Source: Acutalibacteraceae bacterium (lineage in GTDB: Bacteria > Bacillota > Clostridia > Oscillospirales > Acutalibacteraceae). Taken from it: a DNA stretch of 64,000 bases. The position numbers and the translations under genes are program-made. The notes below the pieces were generated by a model. It was not told the DNA's origin, ran no database searches, and was given only the letters and a program-made list of their open reading frames with translations. The stretch spans positions 11,859 to 75,858 of the forward strand of contig JAZQLC010000027.1 of NCBI GenBank assembly GCA_045542485.1, in the 5' to 3' direction. This document shows positions 13,601-18,933 of this stretch, piece by piece (position 1 is the first letter of the stretch; every line of letters begins with the position of its first letter).

Positions 13601-16600
13601 TACCGCCGGTTGAAGTGTTGGAGACACTGGTTGTAAAGTCAACTGTGATACCGCCCTTTGTCTGGTCAGCACCCTTGTTCATATCATAGCCACCTGAAGT
13701 TTCTTCAATATTACCGAAGAGTGCTTCACGGGTATTAAGCGATGAGAATACAACATTTTCTGCAAATGCAGATGAATTACTCTTTGTCTGATAACCTATA
13801 TAACCGATTGCAAGACCTTTGACAACAGCAAGGTTTGAGCTTTCGAACTTGCAGGTTACATAACAATCTTTTATAAGTTTATTTTCACCGTTATGAGCGT
13901 TGGCATTGTTCATACCGATAATACCGCCAAGGTTTGAGTTACCTTTTACAGTACCTTGTGAAAGACAACCAGTAACAAGAATACCTGATGTCTGAAGACC
14001 TGATGAAAGTCTGCCGACGATACCACCTGCTGCGTCAGTAATTGAACCTTTTTTACCTGTTGTTTCGATTATACCGAGATTTGTACAGCCTGTAACTGTA
14101 AGGTTTTTGTTTGAGAACTGCTGTACATTACCTACGATACCACCGGAAACCAGGGCTTTGATGGTCGTATCCTTAGTATTAGTTGTTGTTGTACCTGTTT
14201 CTGTATCAGTTGTTGTAGTTGTATGTGCTGAAACTTTACAGTTCGTTACAACTTTATCACCCCAGCATGAGCTCGTTGCATAAGCACTTACCTGTGCGAG
14301 GATACCAGCTGCGATATCGGGAGCTTCGATAGTTGAGCCTTTTACTGTACATCCTGAAATTGTTGATGTAGTATTTGCTTCATTTATAAGTCGGCTTACT
14401 ACACCTGATGCGCACTCACCTTTTACTGTACAATCAGTTACTGTACAATTTTCAAGTAATGAGCCGCCAAAGAGACCTGCAACTGCACCGAGAGATGCAT
14501 AAGTAGGTCCGTTTGCAGCTTCACCGGAAGTGACTGTTGTGCCCGTAACTTCGCAAGCAGAAATTTTGTTTTTAATATCAGGAGCGTAACCTACTACACC
14601 ACCAATACCGTATGCACTTGCTGAAAGAGTACAGTCAGTTACTTTACATCCTGAAATTTCAGCGTAACATCCTTCAGTACTGTTCATAGATGTACCACCG
14701 ATAATACCACCGATGTACGCGTGTTCTTTCACTTTCTTTGTTGATGTAACAGTTGTATTTTCAACAGTACAGTTTATAATCTGTGTAGCCTGAGCCGTTG
14801 ATTTTACGTTAATACCGCCAACGATACCACCAACATGGTTCTGACCGCTGATAACCGAATTTGTTACCTTACATCCTTCGATAACTGCATAGTCGTAAAC
14901 TGTACCTACAATTGCACCTGTATATGATGCACCTACAATGCTTGCATTATCAATATTGAGCCTTCTAATAGTTGCACCCTGAATATAACCGAAGAGCGCC
15001 TGGTCAAGGTTACCGTGGCCAAAGTTCAGGTTGGAAATTGTATAACCTGCACCATCAAATTCGCCTTTGAAGAAAACAGACGATGAACCGATAGGCTCAA
15101 TAGTATAACCTGACATATCAATATCAGCTGCGAGTCTGATTTTTGAGGAGGAGCTCATATACATATATTCTGTTGAGCCTGAAACCAGTTGTGTCTGATT
15201 TGTTGACAGATAGTAAAGGTCAACAGGAGTTTTGATAAGGTAGTAGCCATCACCATCAATTTCAAGGTCTGATGAGCTGAACACTGTCAGCTTTGCCACA
15301 AGACCTGTTGCATTGTGCTTAGCTGTAACATATGCACTTGCGTTCGTATCACCTGTGAATGTTGTTGAAAGACCTATTCTTCCGAACCATCTGAAGTTAG
15401 TAAAATCAAGAACGTTTTCATTGGATGAAACTGCTGTGAAGTGGTTATTAAGGTCAGTTGCTGCGTTTGAATAAGAAGCTATATCGAATCTGTCAATGTT
15501 GTTGATTCCTTCAAGGTAAAGAATATCACTTGCTGCAGAAACCTTAAGTGAAATATCACCCCAGAGCTGGGTTGAAGCATTCTGCATCTGGAATGACCAG
15601 ACTTTACAGCTACCTGTATATGCACCGGATCTGATACCGGTTGTTAAATCGTTTTTACCGCCGGTGAGCGTATCTGTGTATGCGTGTGCCGGAGAATAAT
15701 AGCAGTTATAGATATGAGTTTCACTGCTGTCTGACTGAATGTTACCGGCAAAAAGGTTACAGGTTGAAGCATTGAATGAGCTTCCTACAGCTGATCTTAT
15801 GAGACCGCCTGCAGAATAACAGTTCTGAATATAACCACCCTTGAGTGATTTGATCTGGCCTGCAAATACTGCCATATTCTGCATACCTGATTTCATACCT
15901 TTGACATTAACGTCTGAACCACAGTTATCAATAATTGTTTTTTCAGCATCAATTACGCCAACAAAACCTGCGATACCGTCGTAATTAGCCTCAATATGGG
16001 TACCTGCACTACCATCTGCCGTTTCATAGTTACTGTCTACATAACAGCCGTACAGATATGAGTTACCGTAAATCGCTTTTGCGAAAAGACCGGTGTTGCC
16101 TTCTGTGAGTACAATAGTATTTCCAGCAAATGAAGTAATCACTGTATTCTTCATAGTCGCATTACAGATATTACCGAATACACTGGAAATATATCTGTCA
16201 GTGGTATTAGCTGACATTTTAACAGTAAGGTTTCTGATTACACCGTTTGTAAGGTTTGATGCTACATCAGCTTCATCAGAAGGATCTGACTTGTGAGTAG
16301 TAGCGTTGTTGTTCTGAAGAGAGTTGTCACGTGAGCCATAGATGCCCTTGAACAGATCTCTGTCTACCTCATATGTAATCACATTACCATTACCGTTGAT
16401 TGTGCCCCAGAAAGTTGCAGCAGGAGCTGTGAAACTATCGTTAACATACGGAGCACCGTCAAGCACAAAATGTGCCGCAGGTGCGTAGTAAAGGAAATTC
16501 ATTTCTGCTGTGGTAAGCTCAATAGGCTTATCCTTTGTACCTATAAATCCGTCAGATGTATAGTCAGATGAATTATGGATACCGTTTGAGTTAAGAATAC

Positions 16601-18746
16601 CCAATTCCATAGGCTGATTTACAAGAGTTGTGCCCTCTTTATTTGCACCTATAGATGAAGGAATAGTGATATCAACATCATAGTAATAGACAGTTTTATC
16701 GTTTTTACCATCTGTGATAAGTTCGTAAGTAAGGTTGTTTGTACCAAGACCGGTTACTGTATAATAAGAAGAGTTTGTCGGACCTGAGAAATTTCCCTTT
16801 ACAGTAAATGTAGCGTCGCCCCAGCCTGAGAAGTCAAAAGAGCTTGTTGATACCTGAGCTTTTGTCTTTGTAATGCCATAATCAAAACCATTTACTATCA
16901 GATGATTATAGCTTGACATTGCATAGGCTTTTGAGAACTGAAGGTCGCCTTCATTTGCACCCGCACCACCGAATGATACAGGAGAAGGTCTTGAAGAAAT
17001 GATAGCTGAGTAGAATACATTTCTTATCTTGTTATTTTTATATGCTGTGTCGCCATTGAAACCAACGATTGCACCAAGAGGAGCTTTTGAATCAATGATT
17101 TTAACGAGAGCATAGCAGTTTTCTACGCCGAAGTTGTTACCTGTATCGCCATAACCTACGATGCCGCCGATGTAACGGGAAATTGTATTTCCGTCACCTA
17201 CACCGTCAGTTGAGCCTGTTGCAATACAGTTTCTGATGCCATAGTTTGATTTACCTGCGATACCGCCGTATATTGCACCGTCTGTTGCATCTGCAAAGTA
17301 AACACCGACATTTTTTACAGTACAAAGCTGAACGTCACCTGTATTGTCGCCGACGATACCACCTGCTGCAGAAGCTCCTGTAACAAGGATATCATATTTT
17401 GTTGCTGATGCTTTTTCGTTTGTATTAAAGCTACCTGTCACATCAGCGCGCTGGATACGGCCTGTGTTGTGACCTACAAGGAAACCTATTTTGTCAGCAC
17501 CCTTGACGCTACTGTTACGACCGTCCATCTGGATTTCACAGTAGTACATACCTGTTGCTGAGCTTGTTCTCTGTGTTGCGTTTGTACCGACAAGACCACC
17601 AACAAAGGTGCTCTTTGATGTATCACCTTCGATAGTAAGCTTAACACCACGGACTTTGTTGATTTTACCTCTGTTCTGTGCAACAAGGGCACTGGCATAA
17701 GGTCTTGATGTTTTAATCGTTACATTTTCTGCAGTATTAAGTTTAACATTTGTGTTATCAAAGTTTGTTTCACTGTCAATAACACCACCGTTATCAACTA
17801 CGATAGCAGTACCTGAATATGTACGCAGTGTTGTATTGTCAGGATAGAAGGATTCTGCCTTTGTAGTTGAAGCCGTTGTATCAAGTACGATAATTGAAAA
17901 TCTGCATTCGTCTATGCTACCATCGTTTTTCAGAACAATACCTGCAGCCTGTGCATCAGAATATCCGTTAGTGATTGACACATTATGAACGGCAAGATTT
18001 GTAATGGTTGATGCTGAGTTGACATAACCGAAAATACTGAGTGAAGTAAAACTGCTGAGACTCATCGTTACATTCTTAATCTGTTTTCCGTTACCGTCAA
18101 GGTGGAAGAAAACATTGGAGTTAGATGAAACATCAGGGTTAACTGAAACAAGTGCTCCGCCGATTCCGCCGTATTCAGCCTGATCGTCGAGATATGCCTG
18201 ATCAATTGTAACATCTGCGAAATCGATGTCAGCAGTAAGCCTGAAATATTTGTTTGCGTTACCGGTATCATTGATTGCCTCGTTCATTCTGAGGAAGAAA
18301 TCAACAGAACTGACAGCGTAGGGGTTAGACTCAGTACCCATATTTGCTGTTGTACCGTCAACGCCGACCCATTCACCGGCTTTATTGTTATCAACTTTTC
18401 CGTCTTCAATCTGAATATCGGGTTTCTTTTCAGTTGTTGTTTCAGTAGTTTCTGCAGGTTTGGTTGTTGCAGGTTTTTCAGCGCCGATAGTTGTTGATTC
18501 TGCTTCTGTTTCAGCCTCTGTTGTCTCTTTGTCAGTAGTCTCGGAGGTTGTTGACTCTGATGTCTGAGGAACAGTTGTTTCAGGAGCATTTGTTGTAGCT
18601 TCTTCAGAGTCCGTAAGTGCGGAGGTATATTCACTTGTAGTAGACTCTTCAGTTGCTGCGAGTGCAGTGTATACGCCGGTGGAGGAAATAAGTACCACCC
18701 CGGTAAGAACTAAGGATATTAACCTTTTCATCAATTTTTTGTCCAT
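1653..18746 (-). CDS. Giant (5,697 aa) secreted GLUG-motif / parallel beta-helix repeat surface protein
   Basis: Single uninterrupted ORF. The preferred start is ATG 18746-18744 (MDKKLMKRLISLVL...), with GGAGG 9 nt upstream. It has a Sec signal peptide (...VYTALAA|TEE) followed by a T/E-rich linker. About nine modules follow, each opening with a G-[ST]-x-x-x-P-[YF]-x-I ... DID ... PIG ... F-x-G-x-[FY]-DG-x-G-[HY]-x-I box. Examples are GTEYDPFLIYTAEDL, GNEASPFLISTPTQL and GTKENPYIISNADSL. Each module then carries many [VIA]GG[IL][VAI]G (GLUG-type) turns. No LPxTG, SLH or dockerin-like end was recognised. Confidence 0.85.
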   Translation of the reverse strand: MDKKLMKRLISLVLTGVVLISSTGVYTALAATEESTTSEYTSALTDSEEATTNAPETTVPQTSESTTSETTDKETTEAETEAESTTIGAEKPATTKPAETTETTTEKKPDIQIEDGKVDNNKAGEWVGVDGTTANMGTESNPYAVSSVDFFLRMNEAINDTGNANKYFRLTADIDFADVTIDQAYLDDQAEYGGIGGALVSVNPDVSSNSNVFFHLDGNGKQIKNVTMSLSSFTSLSIFGYVNSASTITNLAVHNVSITNGYSDAQAAGIVLKNDGSIDECRFSIIVLDTTASTTKAESFYPDNTTLRTYSGTAIVVDNGGVIDSETNFDNTNVKLNTAENVTIKTSRPYASALVAQNRGKINKVRGVKLTIEGDTSKSTFVGGLVGTNATQRTSSATGMYYCEIQMDGRNSSVKGADKIGFLVGHNTGRIQRADVTGSFNTNEKASATKYDILVTGASAAGGIVGDNTGDVQLCTVKNVGVYFADATDGAIYGGIAGKSNYGIRNCIATGSTDGVGDGNTISRYIGGIVGYGDTGNNFGVENCYALVKIIDSKAPLGAIVGFNGDTAYKNNKIRNVFYSAIISSRPSPVSFGGAGANEGDLQFSKAYAMSSYNHLIVNGFDYGITKTKAQVSTSSFDFSGWGDATFTVKGNFSGPTNSSYYTVTGLGTNNLTYELITDGKNDKTVYYYDVDITIPSSIGANKEGTTLVNQPMELGILNSNGIHNSSDYTSDGFIGTKDKPIELTTAEMNFLYYAPAAHFVLDGAPYVNDSFTAPAATFWGTINGNGNVITYEVDRDLFKGIYGSRDNSLQNNNATTHKSDPSDEADVASNLTNGVIRNLTVKMSANTTDRYISSVFGNICNATMKNTVITSFAGNTIVLTEGNTGLFAKAIYGNSYLYGCYVDSNYETADGSAGTHIEANYDGIAGFVGVIDAEKTIIDNCGSDVNVKGMKSGMQNMAVFAGQIKSLKGGYIQNCYSAGGLIRSAVGSSFNASTCNLFAGNIQSDSSETHIYNCYYSPAHAYTDTLTGGKNDLTTGIRSGAYTGSCKVWSFQMQNASTQLWGDISLKVSAASDILYLEGINNIDRFDIASYSNAATDLNNHFTAVSSNENVLDFTNFRWFGRIGLSTTFTGDTNASAYVTAKHNATGLVAKLTVFSSSDLEIDGDGYYLIKTPVDLYYLSTNQTQLVSGSTEYMYMSSSSKIRLAADIDMSGYTIEPIGSSSVFFKGEFDGAGYTISNLNFGHGNLDQALFGYIQGATIRRLNIDNASIVGASYTGAIVGTVYDYAVIEGCKVTNSVISGQNHVGGIVGGINVKSTAQATQIINCTVENTTVTSTKKVKEHAYIGGIIGGTSMNSTEGCYAEISGCKVTDCTLSASAYGIGGVVGYAPDIKNKISACEVTGTTVTSGEAANGPTYASLGAVAGLFGGSLLENCTVTDCTVKGECASGVVSRLINEANTTSTISGCTVKGSTIEAPDIAAGILAQVSAYATSSCWGDKVVTNCKVSAHTTTTTDTETGTTTTNTKDTTIKALVSGGIVGNVQQFSNKNLTVTGCTNLGIIETTGKKGSITDAAGGIVGRLSSGLQTSGILVTGCLSQGTVKGNSNLGGIIGMNNANAHNGENKLIKDCYVTCKFESSNLAVVKGLAIGYIGYQTKSNSSAFAENVVFSSLNTREALFGNIEETSGGYDMNKGADQTKGGITVDFTTSVSNTSTGGKRFLNHFAHAVVGYEDGMMGKSNTVELRTNMFVSSTIYEKANTTVSYAYGGVSLGSTRVAGLAATTVPRFSVGNLPVLVGTDGNAFTDPSKGGTVSGVPVFTTTASSSKILVGYGSSGRDAQGNITGTPTENATYNKLTDVSIQTFDKKCNATVKTTYTGIINGETVSFDVGFRVVVNGEHAFDGTGTEYDPFLIYTAEDLLAIKQHHDNPSAKDDFKDNPEFYYGSDKDGNHVPVYYEIMNDIDMTEELATENKSFAPIGTEEAPFKGKIRTYHDEQMKISNLLINNPKQNSDYAYDDAYTVTDADGNKTVTYSDALGLFGYTDGAEIYNLELENVNILSVPGTTNGFLGIKSGALVGVANNTLIQNVKVSGASSVAIEGTFGGRAGAIGGIVGQAGNNVVLSDVSVIGADNDSRITVKGQYCVGGIVGSSADTTGCSITNPIVENVDVTNLAISGVSIAGGIAGQYSGVITGSEELKDDEGNIVNPASRVKVNNVSVLGTVVGGAVGSGNIINLATGGCDLTLEEIDVTNTNVEVTDTIRNDTSASPNGIAGGILGQSKDSYHYYITDCTVDANTTVTSGHCAGGIVGSASNRGKGQLQTETCLIISDCTTLAKVNQLTAPTTNTLTLGDSVKRKTGAGSVIGVITSNALAMNEETFAPQIQIKNVTAGGEISGTFNVGGVIGEFAVFQGRLNEITESIIYDCIVSARITPLEAATERFGVILGSIEGNQYNSNNPNEQVLNAQAPFPEQDSNGKTIEYGVRPFDKIFYSSYTAGSYGLYGLAAVKDYQDPVYSVFFETIYDVNKVMYNFVSPSDGTVTQLPVSVVTDGFVATNPSASYQWFGDTVYEFSTEFKELLAANEGSGTPFGFSIAGKDFTLVETDGIQSANKDIFEVIANDDGHLGVNLEKYPYKIKVKQFNTADLVFTYTNGLQIGIPVICGVNFEGEGTAENPIQVENADIFYHIVKVLPSYSFIQTADIDLSDKSKYPATSLAQLIPNFTGTYDGQGHSITGFDVTIESSESPVGIFSKVSGVKTDAEGNVIPNVQNLKFIDCSVNSGETSAGTGIAIGELANGATVSNIEVVSGEKSSSSATSKLGNVGGAIGTVTGASVVNGVTVEGTTVSTEKGSAGGAIGTVVEDSAKVISPVVKNTTVTSGKVDTESNYLGGTTDDIAGGIVAQAHGTIIGPESTETDGNPVYVNAVENVTVRALVAGGAVGAVYKTNIADATPTTRSLTLQDIRVSGAVVTAKSVDGTRATSGAGLLGWARALTNVKLDNCYVTNTTSLSAVASVGGVSYGAGAVANVDDSVVTLTLIDTESYATVNSQEAGVDGTVHAASLVAYINNAPEKLTFDGCVAGGKITGKAMTTFVGGVIGGFTDTYASNEITHEIFKNGVISAELECIDGTSNNSTLKSVHRIGKFIAGYADGMFVEANFPTMFSNNYYSTYPNDIAFFATESGDKGPLDSLLAQVENGFVNINDNNLEITDEFKSGWNKVAITKSIGSETTLYARLSEKFAELPYGSEANRRNAVAAGGFTLNETAKDAEGNPISCIDLIGDPSQTENIGEFELTVKPTDYGAEMLVAEYTCGLKTTAQIISVEIEGEGNEASPFLISTPTQLRVVAYLTVGNYYFRQINDIDLSNSYASTGTDTDKFIHNNGGKFYAPIGTESAPFDGVYDGQGYKITGVKSERGNENNIGVFGFVKQNGTLVPTIKNLHVELMAPGEKANGILGGENVGGIAGKIANAVIENCSVTIGTVTGKQNVGGIAGHFTSSKIINCFTQSDVSAFSSEVAPYAGGIVGYVHDAVNFESTISGCFASGSIYASSKDANVDRSNAAGIVSYLENSTDLVIDNCLFTGTTSSGYGIVGGNNYLKFIMTMSDCIDAGQNVAMENDKFVKIPTAVASSTTLGTGTITMSNLYYDSALLKVNTDVDEAGRKLLEKINGKPTSELIGVSMGEGWTTIEGHYPVPAVSQITVTTYDENYAVTGTETKTDPYSDAYAKFLSVPIQTSEDEEETNIEKAAYGQGLVYPVTLLTNVDGNKVTYSSSIFDTTDTVAYPEGFDTSLYNGAGEQKLDEDGNPVVDNDGNPVIVYNKNVDLLFGDDTETGKTTVYRNIFDTTEGIANRGNFENKPTKNTFVNAGAASGGVFSNGEAYYNAQTPIIFATAEINGVKVQRDIKLALSYGTTYCIATQRQLYALGKAEYELVQGAKFSNYYGSTYNYKLITDIDCGDNETLFTPIGLDVSTGYTGQFDGSGHTIKNLKIEQTGKDNVGMFARVSKNWNSPYDPLIKDLTLENATVVATGTISGGQQTGGNYVGTLVGHVMGDGDIVIENCHAIGYAEYDEKGNILPGTVKGTVTGNGSYVGGLIGKVDYPTTVIERCSSSVLVSGSKDAVGGLIGDSAATVQSCYATGNVICDNIYNTTNTERVFGVGGLIGIMSNGTVKESFASGNVEVKKFNSGNNAFINGDLGIGGFVGVVKEMKDPVTQNDITDDVITECFSGGNVKFGTENNTSAIRPYSTTAIVGVGGFSGINREGIAHAYSSAAVNTTFGDIIARNSGAVYGVGIGGVAGVALGNVEDVYSSGSVAPAYTSIDSTENPDNCYFGKGGTVGTKMDSDATVRYCYYDSWTNTDPTLTSIGGQANNQEARGLTTLELTSGKKPANTTFSDVWGFTPSAYPYLKTLLKETSDNYIMTNSILSVVCVNVAYDDVSAKTGAGITQALTVPSEFKYTDEDFEEHVYELDWAGATLEGNLAAIKRTRNTREYVDVVAQVKDYEQYATRVYSRLCADMKGTFEQPYLIGNEADLDHMNMTADELAEAKENYSGFYDQWATPLGAGNEQIEGTVHYQLMSNIAVDETVRVIPDAPASYTYSVLVSDAEGSSTTEEKTFNYQGFMLKGNGYSIKNVNLDKGYYFTNVDENTTISNIIFENFTFNDSDSAIVKVNKGTLQDVYVKAAIGDGTADISDAAGLVNTNKGTIDGCMVDATIKRAAGNVGVMAVTNEGTIINSGTAGTLDTSEGSDVQKIAAFVVNNKGTIKNSFSMADVNVLAAENATVSYVSGFVSINDNGTIDSVYTRSAVSFANQPADDTLTVGLLVGEVTNISDAEHITNSYAAGLLGYFNPEQDSILFGTVGDMPKLSSVYVDKSLAGEQSANSYKYSASLSSIMDMKYMPDAMKYDATNNPDGIFVAGDTDKLTLPQLTAIINAENHQVVDASGNLIYVDTSVTDEVVTYTIFTETVVVGEGEETETISVRKYRCSDGNVYLADGSDNVTDENGNIIVPVENLKLQYAIYLEEKVVIRNYDVIKAYSQISSMTIKTGQNQYADRLVPNSSGTAATYGVSLNSRVSSVDGVQFNPASEKNIIGINNSTRILSTNQTDGDETIKVTNRNKIKLSRGMEIDPTLYIDVKVNSETLINSINPNFEGGVGTKENPYIISNADSLTSLHYYGTESELYFVLGNDIDMSEVKDFQIHHFTAHLNDPESIGEDDTYQYAIENFTSGTVNEDGTITAGHGGLFGIIEDGAVVNNVALTATIAGEEQYTGALANIIKNATVTNCVVSANVTSEAEAVEDENGNIVANPATGIVAGRVSENAVIRGIVTTGNVTAQAGAVGGVIGSAHEATISEILSTANVGEGEAVAGIVGEMLVSTTLTNALYGGVAKSKKPVVGTYVDETAITETYFDKQLNKGIEEGTVIGVGKTTKECEDLTFDDTFTSVDPNDGGYYPVPVTIVNTIGMGGATTYEGYGSTAALAAATMNFYLGSTYGQIGYYTSMQFINIASGSAVTATEDGNGGYFSIVPGEKVYTIKTAKFNENMDPGISFSLANGAVRTVYPGLVRNANISYTIENPSNFDVTDKLLGVLVKSVSEKGSAEGVQVLNDFTNEIGVKQEVDALAIAKELDGFYVGGMLPEGYEYKITATLGGQEIPSENIVKEETVYGTFIKLPDVKDAEGNTATDVVLTLTIVEKDRPWGVNSIENILW

Positions 18747-18875
18747 TCTAAAATACCTCCGAAATTTTAAAAGCTTCACCAAAGTTCTCTTTGTGCGTCA
18801 CACACGCTATATACAAGATGTTGAAACTTTTAATTTTGCAGCAAAAACCAAGTAAAATCAAGGTTTTTACCGTTT

Positions 18876-18932
18876 TGTAAAGTTATCCACTTTACACTAT
18901 ATATTTAATTGTAAAGTTTTTATACTTTACAA
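18876..18932. promoter_or_regulatory. Two tandem copies of an inverted repeat (TGTAAAGT-N5/6-ACTTTACA) in the promoter gap of the giant gene
   Basis: Site 1 is TGTAAAGT 18876-18883 paired with ACTTTACA 18889-18896. Site 2 is TTGTAAAGT 18909-18917 paired with ACTTTACAA 18924-18932 (perfect 9-bp arms). The centres are ~34 nt apart, in the 187-nt gap between stop 18934 and start 18746. Confidence 0.45.
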
Positions 18933-18933
18933 T

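Noticed and set aside
18747-18782. N-terminal extensions given by the ORF track (e.g. MVKLLKFRRYFR on the giant gene), with similar GTG/TTG-initiated extensions on many other ORFs
   Set aside because: Downstream ATG codons are preceded by GGAGG-type RBSs at 6-9 nt, and the conserved N-termini begin there. The extensions lack an RBS.
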